A stretch of 63,817 nt of DNA, filler included, from 7 parts of 7 records of this genome joined end to end with filler, not necessarily neighbours in it, one strand, 5' to 3'. Positions 49,231-59,915 are shown, numbered from the whole stretch's first letter. Translations and numbers: made by a program. Notes: generated by a model not told the origin, from the sequence alone.

Positions 49231-51393
49231 CTACTCTGACTGAATGGTGCCTCCCTCGGCAACATTGCCGCTGTGTGCGCCATCCTTCCACGAGAAGGGG
49301 GTCGGTCCCTTAGCTCCTCCAAACTTAGCCTTACCTCCCTTCCTTTTAGCAAGCTGCTGGCGTCTGTACCAGATGGCATCCTGCATGACGTTGTTCATGA
49401 TCTTATTCTGCTGGCCGATGGGGACACCTCCGTGCATGTGGGCTCCCTTAGGGTGCCAGATGGGCCTCCACATGGCGTTGTGCTTGACGTATGCCTTGAT
49501 CTTCTTAGCGGGTAGTCGATGCCGAGTAATGATATTGACATAGGCCTTTGCAAGCATGTTCTTGTGCTTTGTAGCCCACTCACCGTACCGTGCCTGGGTA
49601 TTGTGATTTCCATCATTTGAAACGTCATTTAGGGAGAGACCCTTGTCAATAAGGACACGGAGGGCGGAGGCAATGATTACCTGTCGCTTCTTGTGGTAGA
49701 GCGAGTAGCATGCACCCTTTCTACCCATCCGGCCTGTACGACCGGCCCTTGCAAGGAATGGAATCGCACTGGTTGGCATATCAAAATTAATAACAACATC
49801 CACAGGCAAATCGAGTCCTCGTGCGGCAATGTCTGTACATACCATAATGTTGCTCTCACCCGATGCGAAGCGCTTTACCATGTCGTGGCGAACAGAGGAG
49901 GGTAGTGAACCGTGCAGGAGGGTTACATTGTACCCCCTCTCTCTAAGGGTAAAGTACACCGCTGCGCATGAGTCGATCTTGGTCGCAAAGATCATCACTC
50001 GTAGTCCGTTTGCTGGGATGAACGTCTGGGGAATATGGAAGGTGAAGGGGGCGGCATGTGTGAGGACGTTCTCCCATCTCACAGAGGGCCGTACTAGTCC
50101 AGCGGATCCGTAGTGCCGGGAGGTACGAATCGACATGGCATTACTGATGGATGTCTTGAGGCCCTGAAGGGACTTGGAGTGTCGTTCAGCCTGCCTAGTA
50201 GAGGCATCATCCACCATAGGGGTCTCAACGCCGTTTACAGAGGATGTGGTGGTGGTCAAACTTGTCTCATCGTGTGAATGATGCTGAGTGCCAACAATAT
50301 TGGCACTTCCAAGAAGACCAGGGACGTTGACACGGGAGGTATTTCCTTGCTTCAAAGTAGCCTCTTCAGACTTCTGTGTTCCACGTTGCACAAACACCTC
50401 TCCAGTTGCACTTGATACACCGCTTGGGAAAGATGATGCAGGGCGTCGTTGGAATACCGACTCTGAGCGTTCTTGGAGGGCTAGATCCTCGTGGGATAGA
50501 CCGCTGCTGCGGGAGGCGCGTTGGAGAGCCGATTCCTTCTCCTTGGCAATTTGCCTCTCCTTCTTCTCACTGGTGGATAGAATCCCAGTAACGGGAGGTA
50601 GCTCCACAAGCGGCGAGTCCCCCTTCCCATTCTTACGAAGTTCCATCATATTATCTTGAGCCTTTTGGAGGTGGTCGGATGTCATGGTGTTCTTCATGAG
50701 CTCCTTCTTGGCCTTTCTGTATGCGACCCACTCAGAGTAGGTCATTCGCTCCTCAGCATCCATCTCATTATCTTCCTCTACTCCACCAACTACTGGCTCC
50801 TCCTCTCCCGCTGCTGCTCCTGCAGGTGATGTGGAGGTTGCGTCGGATTTGAGGTTATCACCTCCTTCATTTACGCCCTCCCCTCCAAGAGGTGAAGAGG
50901 GATTGGTAGTGTTGCTGGCGGGTGATGAGGAGGTTGATGGGCGGAAGGCAGGGGAAGAAGAAGAGGTCGACGGTGGTGTGGGAATCACGACAGTGGCCCC
51001 CTTCAACGGCTTGACAGTCTTCACATTCGCATCATCCTCATCAGTGAATCGATTCGGTGGATAATTTAATGTCTTCTTGTTGAGGAGAAATTCCAACATG
51101 TCCATCTTTTCTGACTCCTTGTCGACTTGGATAAACTTGTATCGAATACCCTCCGTATTAGGGGCCTGGTTGGCCTTAGGGTCGTAGCAGTGGGTAGCAT
51201 GGGGGAAGTGCTTCTCGAGGTACTGAGACAACTTCCTTGTCACACCAAACGACGAGAAGTAAAACTGTGTCTGCACAGGGAATAGATGCCTATTAAGGTT
51301 CCTCCTTTCGATTTTACCGATGAGCTGTTGGGTTGTGTAGTCGTGATCTTTTGATAGGAGGTCATCGGCCTCGTCTACTACAACATAGCGAAG
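49231..51393 (-). CDS. DEAD-box RNA helicase, 5' truncated
   Basis: Frame open to the contig end: LRYVVVDEADD; RVMIF, LLHGSL, CTDIAARGLD, VINFDMP, RAGRTGR. Confidence 0.9.
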   Translation of the reverse strand, partial: LRYVVVDEADDLLSKDHDYTTQQLIGKIERRNLNRHLFPVQTQFYFSSFGVTRKLSQYLEKHFPHATHCYDPKANQAPNTEGIRYKFIQVDKESEKMDMLEFLLNKKTLNYPPNRFTDEDDANVKTVKPLKGATVVIPTPPSTSSSSPAFRPSTSSSPASNTTNPSSPLGGEGVNEGGDNLKSDATSTSPAGAAAGEEEPVVGGVEEDNEMDAEERMTYSEWVAYRKAKKELMKNTMTSDHLQKAQDNMMELRKNGKGDSPLVELPPVTGILSTSEKKERQIAKEKESALQRASRSSGLSHEDLALQERSESVFQRRPASSFPSGVSSATGEVFVQRGTQKSEEATLKQGNTSRVNVPGLLGSANIVGTQHHSHDETSLTTTTSSVNGVETPMVDDASTRQAERHSKSLQGLKTSISNAMSIRTSRHYGSAGLVRPSVRWENVLTHAAPFTFHIPQTFIPANGLRVMIFATKIDSCAAVYFTLRERGYNVTLLHGSLPSSVRHDMVKRFASGESNIMVCTDIAARGLDLPVDVVINFDMPTSAIPFLARAGRTGRMGRKGACYSLYHKKRQVIIASALRVLIDKGLSLNDVSNDGNHNTQARYGEWATKHKNMLAKAYVNIITRHRLPAKKIKAYVKHNAMWRPIWHPKGAHMHGGVPIGQQNKIMNNVMQDAIWYRRQQLAKRKGGKAKFGGAKGPTPFSWKDGAHSGNVAEGGTIQSE

Positions 51394-51493
51394 NNNNNNN
51401 NNNNNNNNNNNNNNNNNNNNNNNNNNNNNNNNNNNNNTTAATTAATTAANNNNNNNNNNNNNNNNNNNNNNNNNNNNNNNNNNNNNNNNNNNN
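51394..51493. other. Artificial contig spacer
   Basis: N run with TTAATTAATTAA. Confidence 0.98.
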
Positions 51494-52428
51494 CCGGAAA
51501 GCGAAAACAACTTGTTTTCCGAACCGATGAAAATTCTGACACCGGACCCGGTTTCGGCAAGGGTGATCAACTCGATCAGGCTGTCCTTTCGCTCCAGATC
51601 ATCAAACAGCATCCGCAACCGATCAATGTCTGCCGCATCCTCAACGCCTTCCAGGAGGTTAGCGCGACCGCGCACGATCAACCGCCCTGGGCTGCTCTCG
51701 TCGGCGCTGCCGGACCACACGGCCAGTCCACGCCCGACGAGATCCTGCGATAAATGATCCAGTTCACGTCTCACATCATGCTTCAGCCGGGTCAGCACAG
51801 ATTTCAGTTCCGGCAGTGTCTGTCCATTCAGATGCGCATTCAAAAAGTTTGCCGCGGCCGTCAATTGCGATGAAGTGGTTCCCGCAGGCAGCTCAATGAT
51901 CCGGTTTTCGACCTCGTTATGCTCACCGACAAGCACCGCCAAAGCCTTGGTTGGCTCAAGCCGGATGAATTCGACATGTTTCAGTATGGCATCGCTTTTC
52001 GATGTCATCACCAACCCTGCTCCGCGCGAAATGCCGGACAGCATCTGGCTGGCCTCGTTCAGAAGGTTGTCCATAGGCTGCCCGCGCTGGACACCGCTCA
52101 TATGCCGGTCAATCTCCGAACGCTCATTTTCGGCCAGATCACCAACCTGCATGTAGGCATCTACGAAAAAGCGAAGGCCGCTTTCGGTCGGAAGCCGCCC
52201 GGCAGAAATATGCGGTGCATAAATCAGCCCGAGTTCTTCCAGGTCGCTCATCACATTGCGCACCGAAGCCGGCGACAATGACATCGGCAAAAGCTTGGAA
52301 AGATTGCGCGATCCGAGTGGCTCGCCTCTTTCGAGGTAGCTCTCGACGATGCTGCGAAACACCTCGCGAGAGCGATCATCAAGCGTTATGCCCGCTCTTT
52401 CATTCACCTTGCTTCGATCTGAATTCAT
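51494..52428 (-). CDS. hrcA: Heat-inducible transcription repressor HrcA, 3' truncated
   Basis: IVESYL..GEPLGSR, SPASVRNVMSDLE, PHISAGRLPT, VRIFIGSEN. Confidence 0.95.
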
Positions 52429-52585
52429 GGTCCATCAATGCTGAATGCCGTCATCCCCCTTTATATAGTTACGGCGGCCAACTACGCAATTTTTGTTTTC
52501 GGCTACCGGCTCAACCCGTTTTTCTTTGCAAATCCGGCTCGGCTTCCGTAGAAACGCGACAGCAAAGCAATGGAAGGATCAGGGT

Positions 52586-53308
52586 ATGCGGCCATCGGGC
52601 AGACAACTCAATCAGATGCGCAACGTCTCGTTCGAGCGCGGCTATTCCAAACACGCGGAAGGTTCCTGCCTCGTCAGGTTCGGCGATACCCATGTGCTGT
52701 GCACCGCCAGCCTCGAAGAGCGGGTGCCGCCGTGGTTAAGAAACGCCGGCAAAGGTTGGGTTACGGCAGAATACGGCATGTTGCCGCGCGCGACCGGAGA
52801 CCGTATGCGCCGTGAAGCCTCATCCGGCAAGCAAAGTGGCCGCACCCAGGAAATCCAGCGTCTGATCGGCCGTTCACTGCGTGCCGTCGTTGACCTGGAA
52901 GCGCTCGGCGAACGCCAGATCAGTGTGGATTGTGACGTCATTCAGGCGGACGGCGGAACACGCACGGCTTCGATTACCGGTGCCTGGATTGCACTTTACG
53001 ACTGCCTGAAGTGGATGGAAGCGCGCTCCATGGTCAAGACCGACAAGGTTTTGAAGGACCATGTCGCCGCAATTTCCTGCGGTATCTTCGCGGACCAACC
53101 GGTGATCGATCTGGATTATCTGGAAGATTCCTCGGCAGAAACAGACGCTAATTTCGTAATGACAGGAACCGGCGGGATCGTCGAAATCCAGGGCACTGCC
53201 GAAGGCAAACCCTTCAGTCAGGACGAGTTCCTGACCCTTATGGATCTTGCCCGAAACGGTATCGGTGATCTGGTAGAACAGCAAAAGAAAACCATCGCCG
53301 GAGAATAG
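52586..53308 (+). CDS. rph: Ribonuclease PH
   Basis: [38 protein letters not shown]. Confidence 0.97.
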   Translation: MRPSGRQLNQMRNVSFERGYSKHAEGSCLVRFGDTHVLCTASLEERVPPWLRNAGKGWVTAEYGMLPRATGDRMRREASSGKQSGRTQEIQRLIGRSLRAVVDLEALGERQISVDCDVIQADGGTRTASITGAWIALYDCLKWMEARSMVKTDKVLKDHVAAISCGIFADQPVIDLDYLEDSSAETDANFVMTGTGGIVEIQGTAEGKPFSQDEFLTLMDLARNGIGDLVEQQKKTIAGE

Positions 53309-53320
53309 GACGATCAAGCC

Positions 53321-53734
53321 GTGACAACCCCGATCAAAGGCATACTGGAAACTGCACTTTATGCCGACGACCTTGATGCCGCCGAGGCTTTTTACGGCAA
53401 TATACTCGGGTTGGAGAAAATCACGCGGTCCGGTAACCGTCATGTATTCTATCGTGTCGGTTCCGGCATCTTGCTGATTTTCAACCCGGATGAAACGGTT
53501 CACCCGGCAGCAGATGGTGCCCTGCCCGTTCCGGCTCATGGTGCCAAAGGCGCAGGACATGCCTGCTTCCGGCTGGATGGCGATGATTTTGCCGCCATGA
53601 TTGATCGGCTCAGGCTCAACGGAATAGAAATTGAGAGTGACTTTTCATGGCCGAATGGTGCTCGATCTATCTATTTTCGCGACCCGGCAGGCAATAGCCT
53701 CGAATGCGCCGAGCCCAGACTCTGGGGCCTTTGA
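53321..53734 (+). CDS. VOC/glyoxalase family protein
   Basis: LETALYADDL..AEAFY, GHACF, SIYFRDPAGNSLE. Confidence 0.88.
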   Translation: MTTPIKGILETALYADDLDAAEAFYGNILGLEKITRSGNRHVFYRVGSGILLIFNPDETVHPAADGALPVPAHGAKGAGHACFRLDGDDFAAMIDRLRLNGIEIESDFSWPNGARSIYFRDPAGNSLECAEPRLWGL

Positions 53735-53743
53735 TTTCAGGAA

Positions 53744-54394
53744 ATGATGATGCGCAAACTGGATACGAAAACCATTGTTGTCGCCAGCCACAACGCTGGC
53801 AAAATCACAGAAATTGCTGAACTGATCGGCCCGCTGGGCTTTTCAGCGAAATCAGCCGCAGAGCTCAAATTCGAGGTACCGGATGAAACCGGAACGACAT
53901 TTGAGGAAAACGCAGCCATCAAAGCTCTGGCCTCCGCTGAAAAATCAGGCCTGCCTTCACTGGCCGATGATTCCGGTATCTGCGTTGATGCACTGGATGG
54001 CCAGCCGGGCGTTTACACCGCCGACTGGGCAGAAAAAGCCGATGGAAGCCGCGATTTTACGATGGCGATGGAAAAGGTCGAAAATGCGCTTGCCGAAAAA
54101 GCGGCCACAGCGCCCGGGCAACGCACCGCACGCTTCGTCTGCGTTCTTTGTCTTGCATGGCCGGATGGACACACCGAAACCTTCCGTGGAGAGGTTGAAG
54201 GCACGTTGATATGGCCGCCCCGCGGCGACAAGGGTCACGGTTACGACCCGGTTTTCCAGCCACTCGGCCACGATCGGACTTTCGGCGAAATGGACCCGGA
54301 CGAAAAAGCGGTCGGTGGTCCGAATGATGGCGGCGCCCTGTCACATCGCGCACGTGCATTCCGCCTGTTTGTCGAAACGGGGCTTGCAAACTGA
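53744..54394 (+). CDS. rdgB: Non-canonical purine NTP pyrophosphatase RdgB/HAM1
   Basis: ASHNAGK, TFEENA.IKA, LADDSG, GYDPVF, SHRARA. Confidence 0.95.
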   Translation: MMMRKLDTKTIVVASHNAGKITEIAELIGPLGFSAKSAAELKFEVPDETGTTFEENAAIKALASAEKSGLPSLADDSGICVDALDGQPGVYTADWAEKADGSRDFTMAMEKVENALAEKAATAPGQRTARFVCVLCLAWPDGHTETFRGEVEGTLIWPPRGDKGHGYDPVFQPLGHDRTFGEMDPDEKAVGGPNDGGALSHRARAFRLFVETGLAN

Positions 54395-55581
54395 TCGCAC
54401 ACCCGCATGAGTACCGGACGCTGAACGGCGACGACGGCGAACCAGGCTTCGGCGTCTATCTGCACTGGCCCTTCTGTGCTGCCAAATGTCCCTATTGTGA
54501 TTTCAACAGCCATGTCCGGCATAATGAGATTGATCAGCCTCGATTCGCCCGTGCCTTCGCGCGTGAAATAGATTACATGCGCCAGCTCTCGGGGCCGCGC
54601 ACAGTCACCAGTGTTTTTATAGGTGGCGGAACTCCATCGCTGATGCAACCGGAAACGCTGAGCGATATTCTCGACGCGGTTGCCAGCGCATGGCATGTGC
54701 CTGATGGCATCGAAGTGACGCTTGAGGCCAATCCATCCAGTGTTGAGGCGGAGCGCTTCAGGGGCTACCGTGCTGCAGGCGTCAACCGTGTTTCCATGGG
54801 CGTACAATCGCTTGACGACCGGCAACTGAAATTTTTGGGCCGGCTGCATAGCGTTGAACAGGCGCTGGGCGCCATCCGGCTGGCGCGTGAAATCTTTCCG
54901 CGCATGTCGTTCGATCTCATCTACGCCCGGCCCGGACAAACCGACGATGAATGGAAAGCCGAACTGAACGAGGCGATCGATCTGGCTGCCGATCACCTGT
55001 CACTCTACCAGCTCACAATTGAAGAAGGCACGCCCTTTTATGCGCTGCACAAAGCAGGAAAGCTTACGATCCCCGACGATGATCAGGCTGCACGGCTTTA
55101 TGAAATCACACAGGACATCACAGGCGATCGTGGCTTACCCGCCTATGAGGTATCGAACCATGCCCGTCCAGGCGCTGAAAGCCGCCACAACCTTACCTAT
55201 TGGCGCTACGGCGATTATGCGGGTATTGGCCCCGGTGCCCATGGCCGCCTGATGACGAACGGCCGGAAGATCGCAACATCCACCGAGCGCCATCCGGAAA
55301 CATGGCTTGAAGGGGTTGAAGCGAATAATCACGGCATGAATGAACAGTCCGAGCTGACGGCCGCAGAACAGGCGGACGAATTGCTGTTGATGGGGCTTCG
55401 TGTAAAAGAAGGCGTCGATGTTGCCCGCTGGTCATCCCTGTCCGGCAAGGCACTGGATCATGAACGTGAAAACTTTCTGCTTCAGCTTGGCCTGATCGAG
55501 CGGGTGGGCAACCACCGCCTTCGTGCCACGGATGAAGGTATGCTGCTCCTGAACCGTATCGTCACCGAGCTCTCGCAGTAA
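54391..55581 (+). CDS. hemW: Radical SAM heme chaperone HemW; start probably CTG at 54391
   Basis: In-frame upstream extension carries [38 protein letters not shown]; no in-frame ATG/GTG/TTG upstream of the Cys motif. Confidence 0.88.
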   Translation: MIAHPHEYRTLNGDDGEPGFGVYLHWPFCAAKCPYCDFNSHVRHNEIDQPRFARAFAREIDYMRQLSGPRTVTSVFIGGGTPSLMQPETLSDILDAVASAWHVPDGIEVTLEANPSSVEAERFRGYRAAGVNRVSMGVQSLDDRQLKFLGRLHSVEQALGAIRLAREIFPRMSFDLIYARPGQTDDEWKAELNEAIDLAADHLSLYQLTIEEGTPFYALHKAGKLTIPDDDQAARLYEITQDITGDRGLPAYEVSNHARPGAESRHNLTYWRYGDYAGIGPGAHGRLMTNGRKIATSTERHPETWLEGVEANNHGMNEQSELTAAEQADELLLMGLRVKEGVDVARWSSLSGKALDHERENFLLQLGLIERVGNHRLRATDEGMLLLNRIVTELSQ

Positions 55582-55690
55582 AGGCTCATCGTCAATTGTG
55601 ATTGAAATACGGATTTGTTCGCGTTAAACGCGATATTGGTATAAACAAATACCATTCAAGGAACCATGAACCACTGTCGTCCGTTTGCCT

Positions 55691-55706
55691 TTAAATAGCT
55701 CTTAAC
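55691..55706 (+). promoter_or_regulatory. CtrA binding site
   Basis: TTAA-ATAGCTC-TTAAC (TTAA-N7-TTAAC), 16 nt before the ATG at 55723. Confidence 0.7.
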
Positions 55707-55722
55707 CGCACTGGAATATGCC

Positions 55723-56070
55723 ATGGCTGGCTCAGCATATACGCACAGAATGATCCGGGATCGCTTAAGCGCTGCGATCTGCATCATTTTTGCAGCCTAC
55801 ATGGGATATTTGGCCCATAGCGATGGCGTGGCGCTGGCGCCATCCATTTTTTATGGCGTTGCCGCCTTTGTGCTTCTGGCGGTTGTGCTGATGGTTCTCA
55901 GAAACTTTATCTACGCCCTGATTATCGCGGCCCTGATCGTATGGGGGGCCCATCACATGGGCTATGGATGGGCCGACCAGATTGTCAATTACGTCGAGCA
56001 GCTTCTTGAACTCGGCTACCGTGAGTCTCTCAATCTGTTCCTGTCGGCGGACAAGCCGATCACCACCTGA
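55723..56070 (+). CDS. Hypothetical small membrane protein (about 3 TM)
   Basis: 115 aa with hydrophobic segments; fills the hemW-mnmA gap. Confidence 0.65.
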   Translation: MAGSAYTHRMIRDRLSAAICIIFAAYMGYLAHSDGVALAPSIFYGVAAFVLLAVVLMVLRNFIYALIIAALIVWGAHHMGYGWADQIVNYVEQLLELGYRESLNLFLSADKPITT

Positions 56071-56073
56071 AAT

Positions 56074-57267
56074 TCAGGCCGCAAGCCCACTCAGAAGGTT
56101 TTGCAAAGCCGTCTCTGCTTCGGGTGAACGCTCGGAGCGGGCAATGAACCCGCCACCGAATACGCGGGCGTCATTGCCAGGCGCATCGTAAAGCACACAA
56201 GCCTGACCGCTGGCGATCCCCGCCTCACCTTCCAGAAGATCGACGTAGACACCTTCATCATCGACATGCAGAACCACCGGCAGCGGTGGCCGCGTGGAGC
56301 GTACTTTGGCAAAGCACGAAACACCTTCTGCCGCTTCATCCGTCAATGCCTTGTCGCCAAGCCAGTTCACGTCCCTCAGATAGATGCGCCTTGTTTCCAG
56401 TGCCTCACGTGGACCGACAACTACGCGACGGTTTCTGGCATCCAGATAAACAACGTAAAGCGGTTCGCCTGTCGCCACGCCAAGTCCTTTGCGCTGGCCG
56501 ATCGTGTAACGCACAATACCGTCATGCTGCCCAAGGACGCGGCCATCAAGGTGCACGATATCGCCACCAAGATTGGCATCCGGCTTCAGCTTGGCAATCA
56601 CATCGGAATATTTGCCCTGTGGTACAAAACAGATATCCTGACTGTCAGGCTTATCTGCAACAACAAGTCCCATTTCTTCTGCCAGCTTGCGCGTTTCGGA
56701 TTTAGGCAGGCCCCCCAGCGGGAAGCGCAGAAAATCGATCTGTTCCTGCGTCGTCGCGAACAGAAAATAGCTCTGGTCACGCTCGGCATCGACCGGCCGG
56801 TAGAGCGCCCGCCGTCCCGGGTTGTCGGGTGACGGATTGTGCCTTGAACGAATGTAATGGCCCGTTGCCAGCGCATCAGCACCCAGCTCCCTTGCTGTGG
56901 TCAGAAGGTCAGCAAACTTGACGGTCTGGTTACACGCGACGCAGGGAATTGGCGTCTCACCCGCGATGTAACTTTCGGCAAACGGGTTGATCACCGTCTC
57001 ACGAAAACGTTTTTCGTAGTCCAGCACATAATGCGGAATGCCAAGCAGTTCCGAGACACGACGTGCGTCATCAATGTCCTGACCTGCACAGCATGAGCCA
57101 GCACGGTGCACAGCAGCACCATGATCATAGAGCTGCAATGTTATTCCGAGGACATCATAGCCCTCACGCTTCAAAAGCCCGGCAACAACCGAGCTATCTA
57201 CACCGCCAGACATCGCGACCACTACGCGCGTGTCTTCCGGCTTCTTGTCGATATCCAATGTATTCAT
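56074..57267 (-). CDS. mnmA: tRNA 2-thiouridine synthase MnmA
   Basis: [44 protein letters not shown]. Confidence 0.97.
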   Translation of the reverse strand: MNTLDIDKKPEDTRVVVAMSGGVDSSVVAGLLKREGYDVLGITLQLYDHGAAVHRAGSCCAGQDIDDARRVSELLGIPHYVLDYEKRFRETVINPFAESYIAGETPIPCVACNQTVKFADLLTTARELGADALATGHYIRSRHNPSPDNPGRRALYRPVDAERDQSYFLFATTQEQIDFLRFPLGGLPKSETRKLAEEMGLVVADKPDSQDICFVPQGKYSDVIAKLKPDANLGGDIVHLDGRVLGQHDGIVRYTIGQRKGLGVATGEPLYVVYLDARNRRVVVGPREALETRRIYLRDVNWLGDKALTDEAAEGVSCFAKVRSTRPPLPVVLHVDDEGVYVDLLEGEAGIASGQACVLYDAPGNDARVFGGGFIARSERSPEAETALQNLLSGLAA

Positions 57268-57297
57268 TGATCCGCCAGTCCAGTTCAAGGTTGGATG

Positions 57298-57397
57298 NNN
57301 NNNNNNNNNNNNNNNNNNNNNNNNNNNNNNNNNNNNNNNNNTTAATTAATTAANNNNNNNNNNNNNNNNNNNNNNNNNNNNNNNNNNNNNNNNNNNN
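57298..57397. other. Artificial contig spacer
   Basis: N run with TTAATTAATTAA. Confidence 0.98.
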
Positions 57398-57433
57398 CCA
57401 GGCGTGCGCCTTCAGCCACTCGGCCACCTCTCC
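57398..57433 (-). tRNA. tRNA-Ser (probably GGA), 5' half, cut inside the anticodon by the contig end
   Basis: Reverse complement GGAGAGG-TG-GCCGAGTGGCTGAAGGC-G-CACGC-CT-GG; acceptor, D arm and anticodon-stem pattern of proteobacterial tRNA-Ser(GGA). Confidence 0.85.
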
Positions 57434-57492
57434 AATACTCTTTAAATAATTCGTTCCAAATCAGCAACGTCGTCGCTCATTTGAGGGCGCAA

Positions 57493-57521
57493 ACTCTAAT
57501 GGTTTTGTTCCGGTTTGGCAA
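57493..57521 (-). promoter_or_regulatory. Sigma70 promoter with GC-rich discriminator for tRNA-Ser
   Basis: TTGCCA-N17-TAGAGT followed by TTGCGCCCTC. Confidence 0.65.
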
Positions 57522-57638
57522 CTCCAATTTTCAAATCCTTTTCTGACCAACCACAGCGACCACAGAAACCTGATGGCCGCCTGTGCGATACTGGCATAGT
57601 TACCCAATACCCTAAACACCGCTCGGGGGCGACCCGTT

Positions 57639-58169
57639 ATGATGATGAAAGCCGACGAATCCACGCTGGTACTGATTGACCTCCAGAAAAAACTCATGCC
57701 TGTCATCAGCCACGGAAATTTAATGCTGGCAGAGAGCGTTAGACTTGCGCAGATTGCCAAGCTGCTTGATGTGCCGGTGATTGCCACGGAACAGATCCCG
57801 GAGAAGCTTGGACACAACGACGAACAAATCAGTGCTCTAGCTGATCAAACCTTATCCAAGACTCACTTTGATGCCTGCGGTGGAGGGCTGGTGGAGGCCA
57901 TTGCCGATAACCGGAAACAGGTGGTTATTGGCGGTTGCGAAGCGCATGTATGCCTGTTGCAAACCGCCCTATCCCTCCTCGCTGCGGGTTTTCGTGTATG
58001 GGTGGTGGAAAACGCGACCGGCTCACGCCATGACAACGACCGGGATGCTGCCCTGGAACGAATGCAGCAGGCCGGGGCCGTTATCGTAACGCTTGAGATG
58101 GTGGCTTTTGAGTGGATGCGGGACTGCGAGCACCCACGTTTCCGGGAAGTTCAGAAACTGATCAAGTGA
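57639..58169 (+). CDS. Isochorismatase-family hydrolase
   Basis: VLIDLQ, TEQ.P..LG, KTHFDAC, GCEAHVCLLQT. Confidence 0.9.
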   Translation: MMMKADESTLVLIDLQKKLMPVISHGNLMLAESVRLAQIAKLLDVPVIATEQIPEKLGHNDEQISALADQTLSKTHFDACGGGLVEAIADNRKQVVIGGCEAHVCLLQTALSLLAAGFRVWVVENATGSRHDNDRDAALERMQQAGAVIVTLEMVAFEWMRDCEHPRFREVQKLIK

Positions 58170-58264
58170 CGAAGCGAATATCACCAATGCTGTCACTGGA
58201 ATCACATCAGGGTTCCAGTGAGACACATTAGGGAAACTGTTGCTGAATTGGGGCGCCCCAAATA

Positions 58265-58280
58265 TTTACGTTTACGTAAA
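58265..58280. promoter_or_regulatory. LiuR operator (branched-chain amino-acid catabolism)
   Basis: TTTACGT-TT-ACGTAAA matches the TTTACGTwwACGTAAA palindrome; upstream of leucine dehydrogenase. Confidence 0.75.
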
Positions 58281-58792
58281 GTAGATGTATCTGCCTGTTA
58301 CCGCTGGAATTTTCAAAATCACCAAAAAATGCATGAATTTCAACCATTGACGACGATGTAAAAGCTATCTAGTCTTCTCTCGTTGAGCCCCAAAAGGGTA
58401 TCAACACATGAAATCATGCCAACCGGCCTATCTGCCGGGGCACAACAACAATATTGACCACGGAAGCCGTGATCCGGCCTGGTGGAAGAGGATTTCAGCA
58501 TGTCACTGGTAAAACAGTCCCTGAGCATGGGCCCATGCGCCCACACCCTGCAACACCCTACAGCTCCTTCAGCTCCTTTCCTTTCTCTTGCGCTTAGCAC
58601 ATCCCGATCGCTCCGGCCGGATCTTTTACGACTTTCCACATTCGTGCAATCACCAAATCCGACCGGCAGCTAATCGCGTCCAACACCCGATAGCGATTGA
58701 GTTTCGGTAGCGCCCGCAATCTACCTGCCGGCCTCCGTAACTAAGGGCGACCCCCTGTGCAAGAACAACCCGGAGCAAAAGGAATCCAAACA

Positions 58793-59854
58793 ATGACTGT
58801 ATTTACCCATCCTGAATTCGACCACCACGAACATCTGACGTTTTGCTGCGATCCGGAGACCGGGCTGCGCGCCATTATCGCCGTACACAATACCTCTCGT
58901 GGACCCGCTCTAGGCGGATGCCGCATGTATCCGTACGCCAGCGACGACGAGGCTCTGACAGACGTGCTCCGCCTGTCACGAGGAATGACCTACAAGTCGG
59001 CGCTGGCCAACCTTGATCTCGGCGGCGGCAAGTCCGTCATCATCGGCGATCCACGCCAGCACAAAACCGAAGCCTTGCTCGAATCCATGGGCCGCTTCCT
59101 GGAACAGCTCGGCGGACTTTATATCGCTGCCGAGGATTCGGGCACCAGCGTAGCCGACCTCCAGGTTATGGGTCGTAAAACGTCCAATGTGGCCGGCATC
59201 AGCGAACGCCCGGGGTTTGATGGCAGGCCCAGCAACGGCGACCCCTCTCCCGCTACTGCCTGGGGCACCTTCGTGGGCATTAATGCTGCCGTTAAACACA
59301 AGCTCGGCCGCAGCGACCTGGAGGGGTTGAATGTGGCGGTACAGGGCATTGGCAACGTTGGTTACCGCCTGGCCCGACACCTCAAAGAAGCAGGCGCGAA
59401 GCTTTGGGTCTACGACGTCCACCAGGATCAAATGGATCGGGCAGTGGCAGAGTTGGGCGCCACCCCGGCTACCGCCGACGAAATCCTCTATCTGCCGGTA
59501 GACGTGGTCGCGCCCTGTGCCATGGGCGCTGTTCTGAATCATCACTCCATTCGTAAGCTACAGGCCACCATCGTGGCCGGCGCCGCTAACAATCAGTTAG
59601 CCACCCCGGCTCATGACCAGGCATTGTTCGAACGTGGAGTGCTCTATGCCCCAGACTTTGTAATCAACGCTGGCGGCATTATCGACGTGTGTTACGAGCG
59701 CAAGGGCCCCGACCCCCAGGCCGTTCGCAAACACGTCGATTCCATAGCCAATACCCTGGAGGAGATCTTCCAGCGCTCGGATCGCGATGGCCTGCCCACC
59801 GGGCAGATCGCCGATCAACTCGCAGAGGAGCGATTCCGGCATAAATCCCGTTGA
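58793..59854 (+). CDS. ldh: Leu/Phe/Val dehydrogenase
   Basis: [51 protein letters not shown]. Confidence 0.92.
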   Translation: MTVFTHPEFDHHEHLTFCCDPETGLRAIIAVHNTSRGPALGGCRMYPYASDDEALTDVLRLSRGMTYKSALANLDLGGGKSVIIGDPRQHKTEALLESMGRFLEQLGGLYIAAEDSGTSVADLQVMGRKTSNVAGISERPGFDGRPSNGDPSPATAWGTFVGINAAVKHKLGRSDLEGLNVAVQGIGNVGYRLARHLKEAGAKLWVYDVHQDQMDRAVAELGATPATADEILYLPVDVVAPCAMGAVLNHHSIRKLQATIVAGAANNQLATPAHDQALFERGVLYAPDFVINAGGIIDVCYERKGPDPQAVRKHVDSIANTLEEIFQRSDRDGLPTGQIADQLAEERFRHKSR

Positions 59855-59915
59855 TGGCGGCTAAACCGCCGCCACTCACTCCCCCGAAAACAAAAACAGT
59901 AAGCAGGAGAATACA

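Noticed and set aside
41944-51393. Non-standard genetic code or giant-virus origin for the eukaryotic contig
   Set aside because: ORFs are open under the standard code and end in TAG/TAA; no viral hallmark genes; the intergenic layout fits trans-splicing.
52429-52585. CIRCE operator at hrcA
   Set aside because: No TTAGCACTC-N9-GAGTGCTAA in the hrcA-rph gap.
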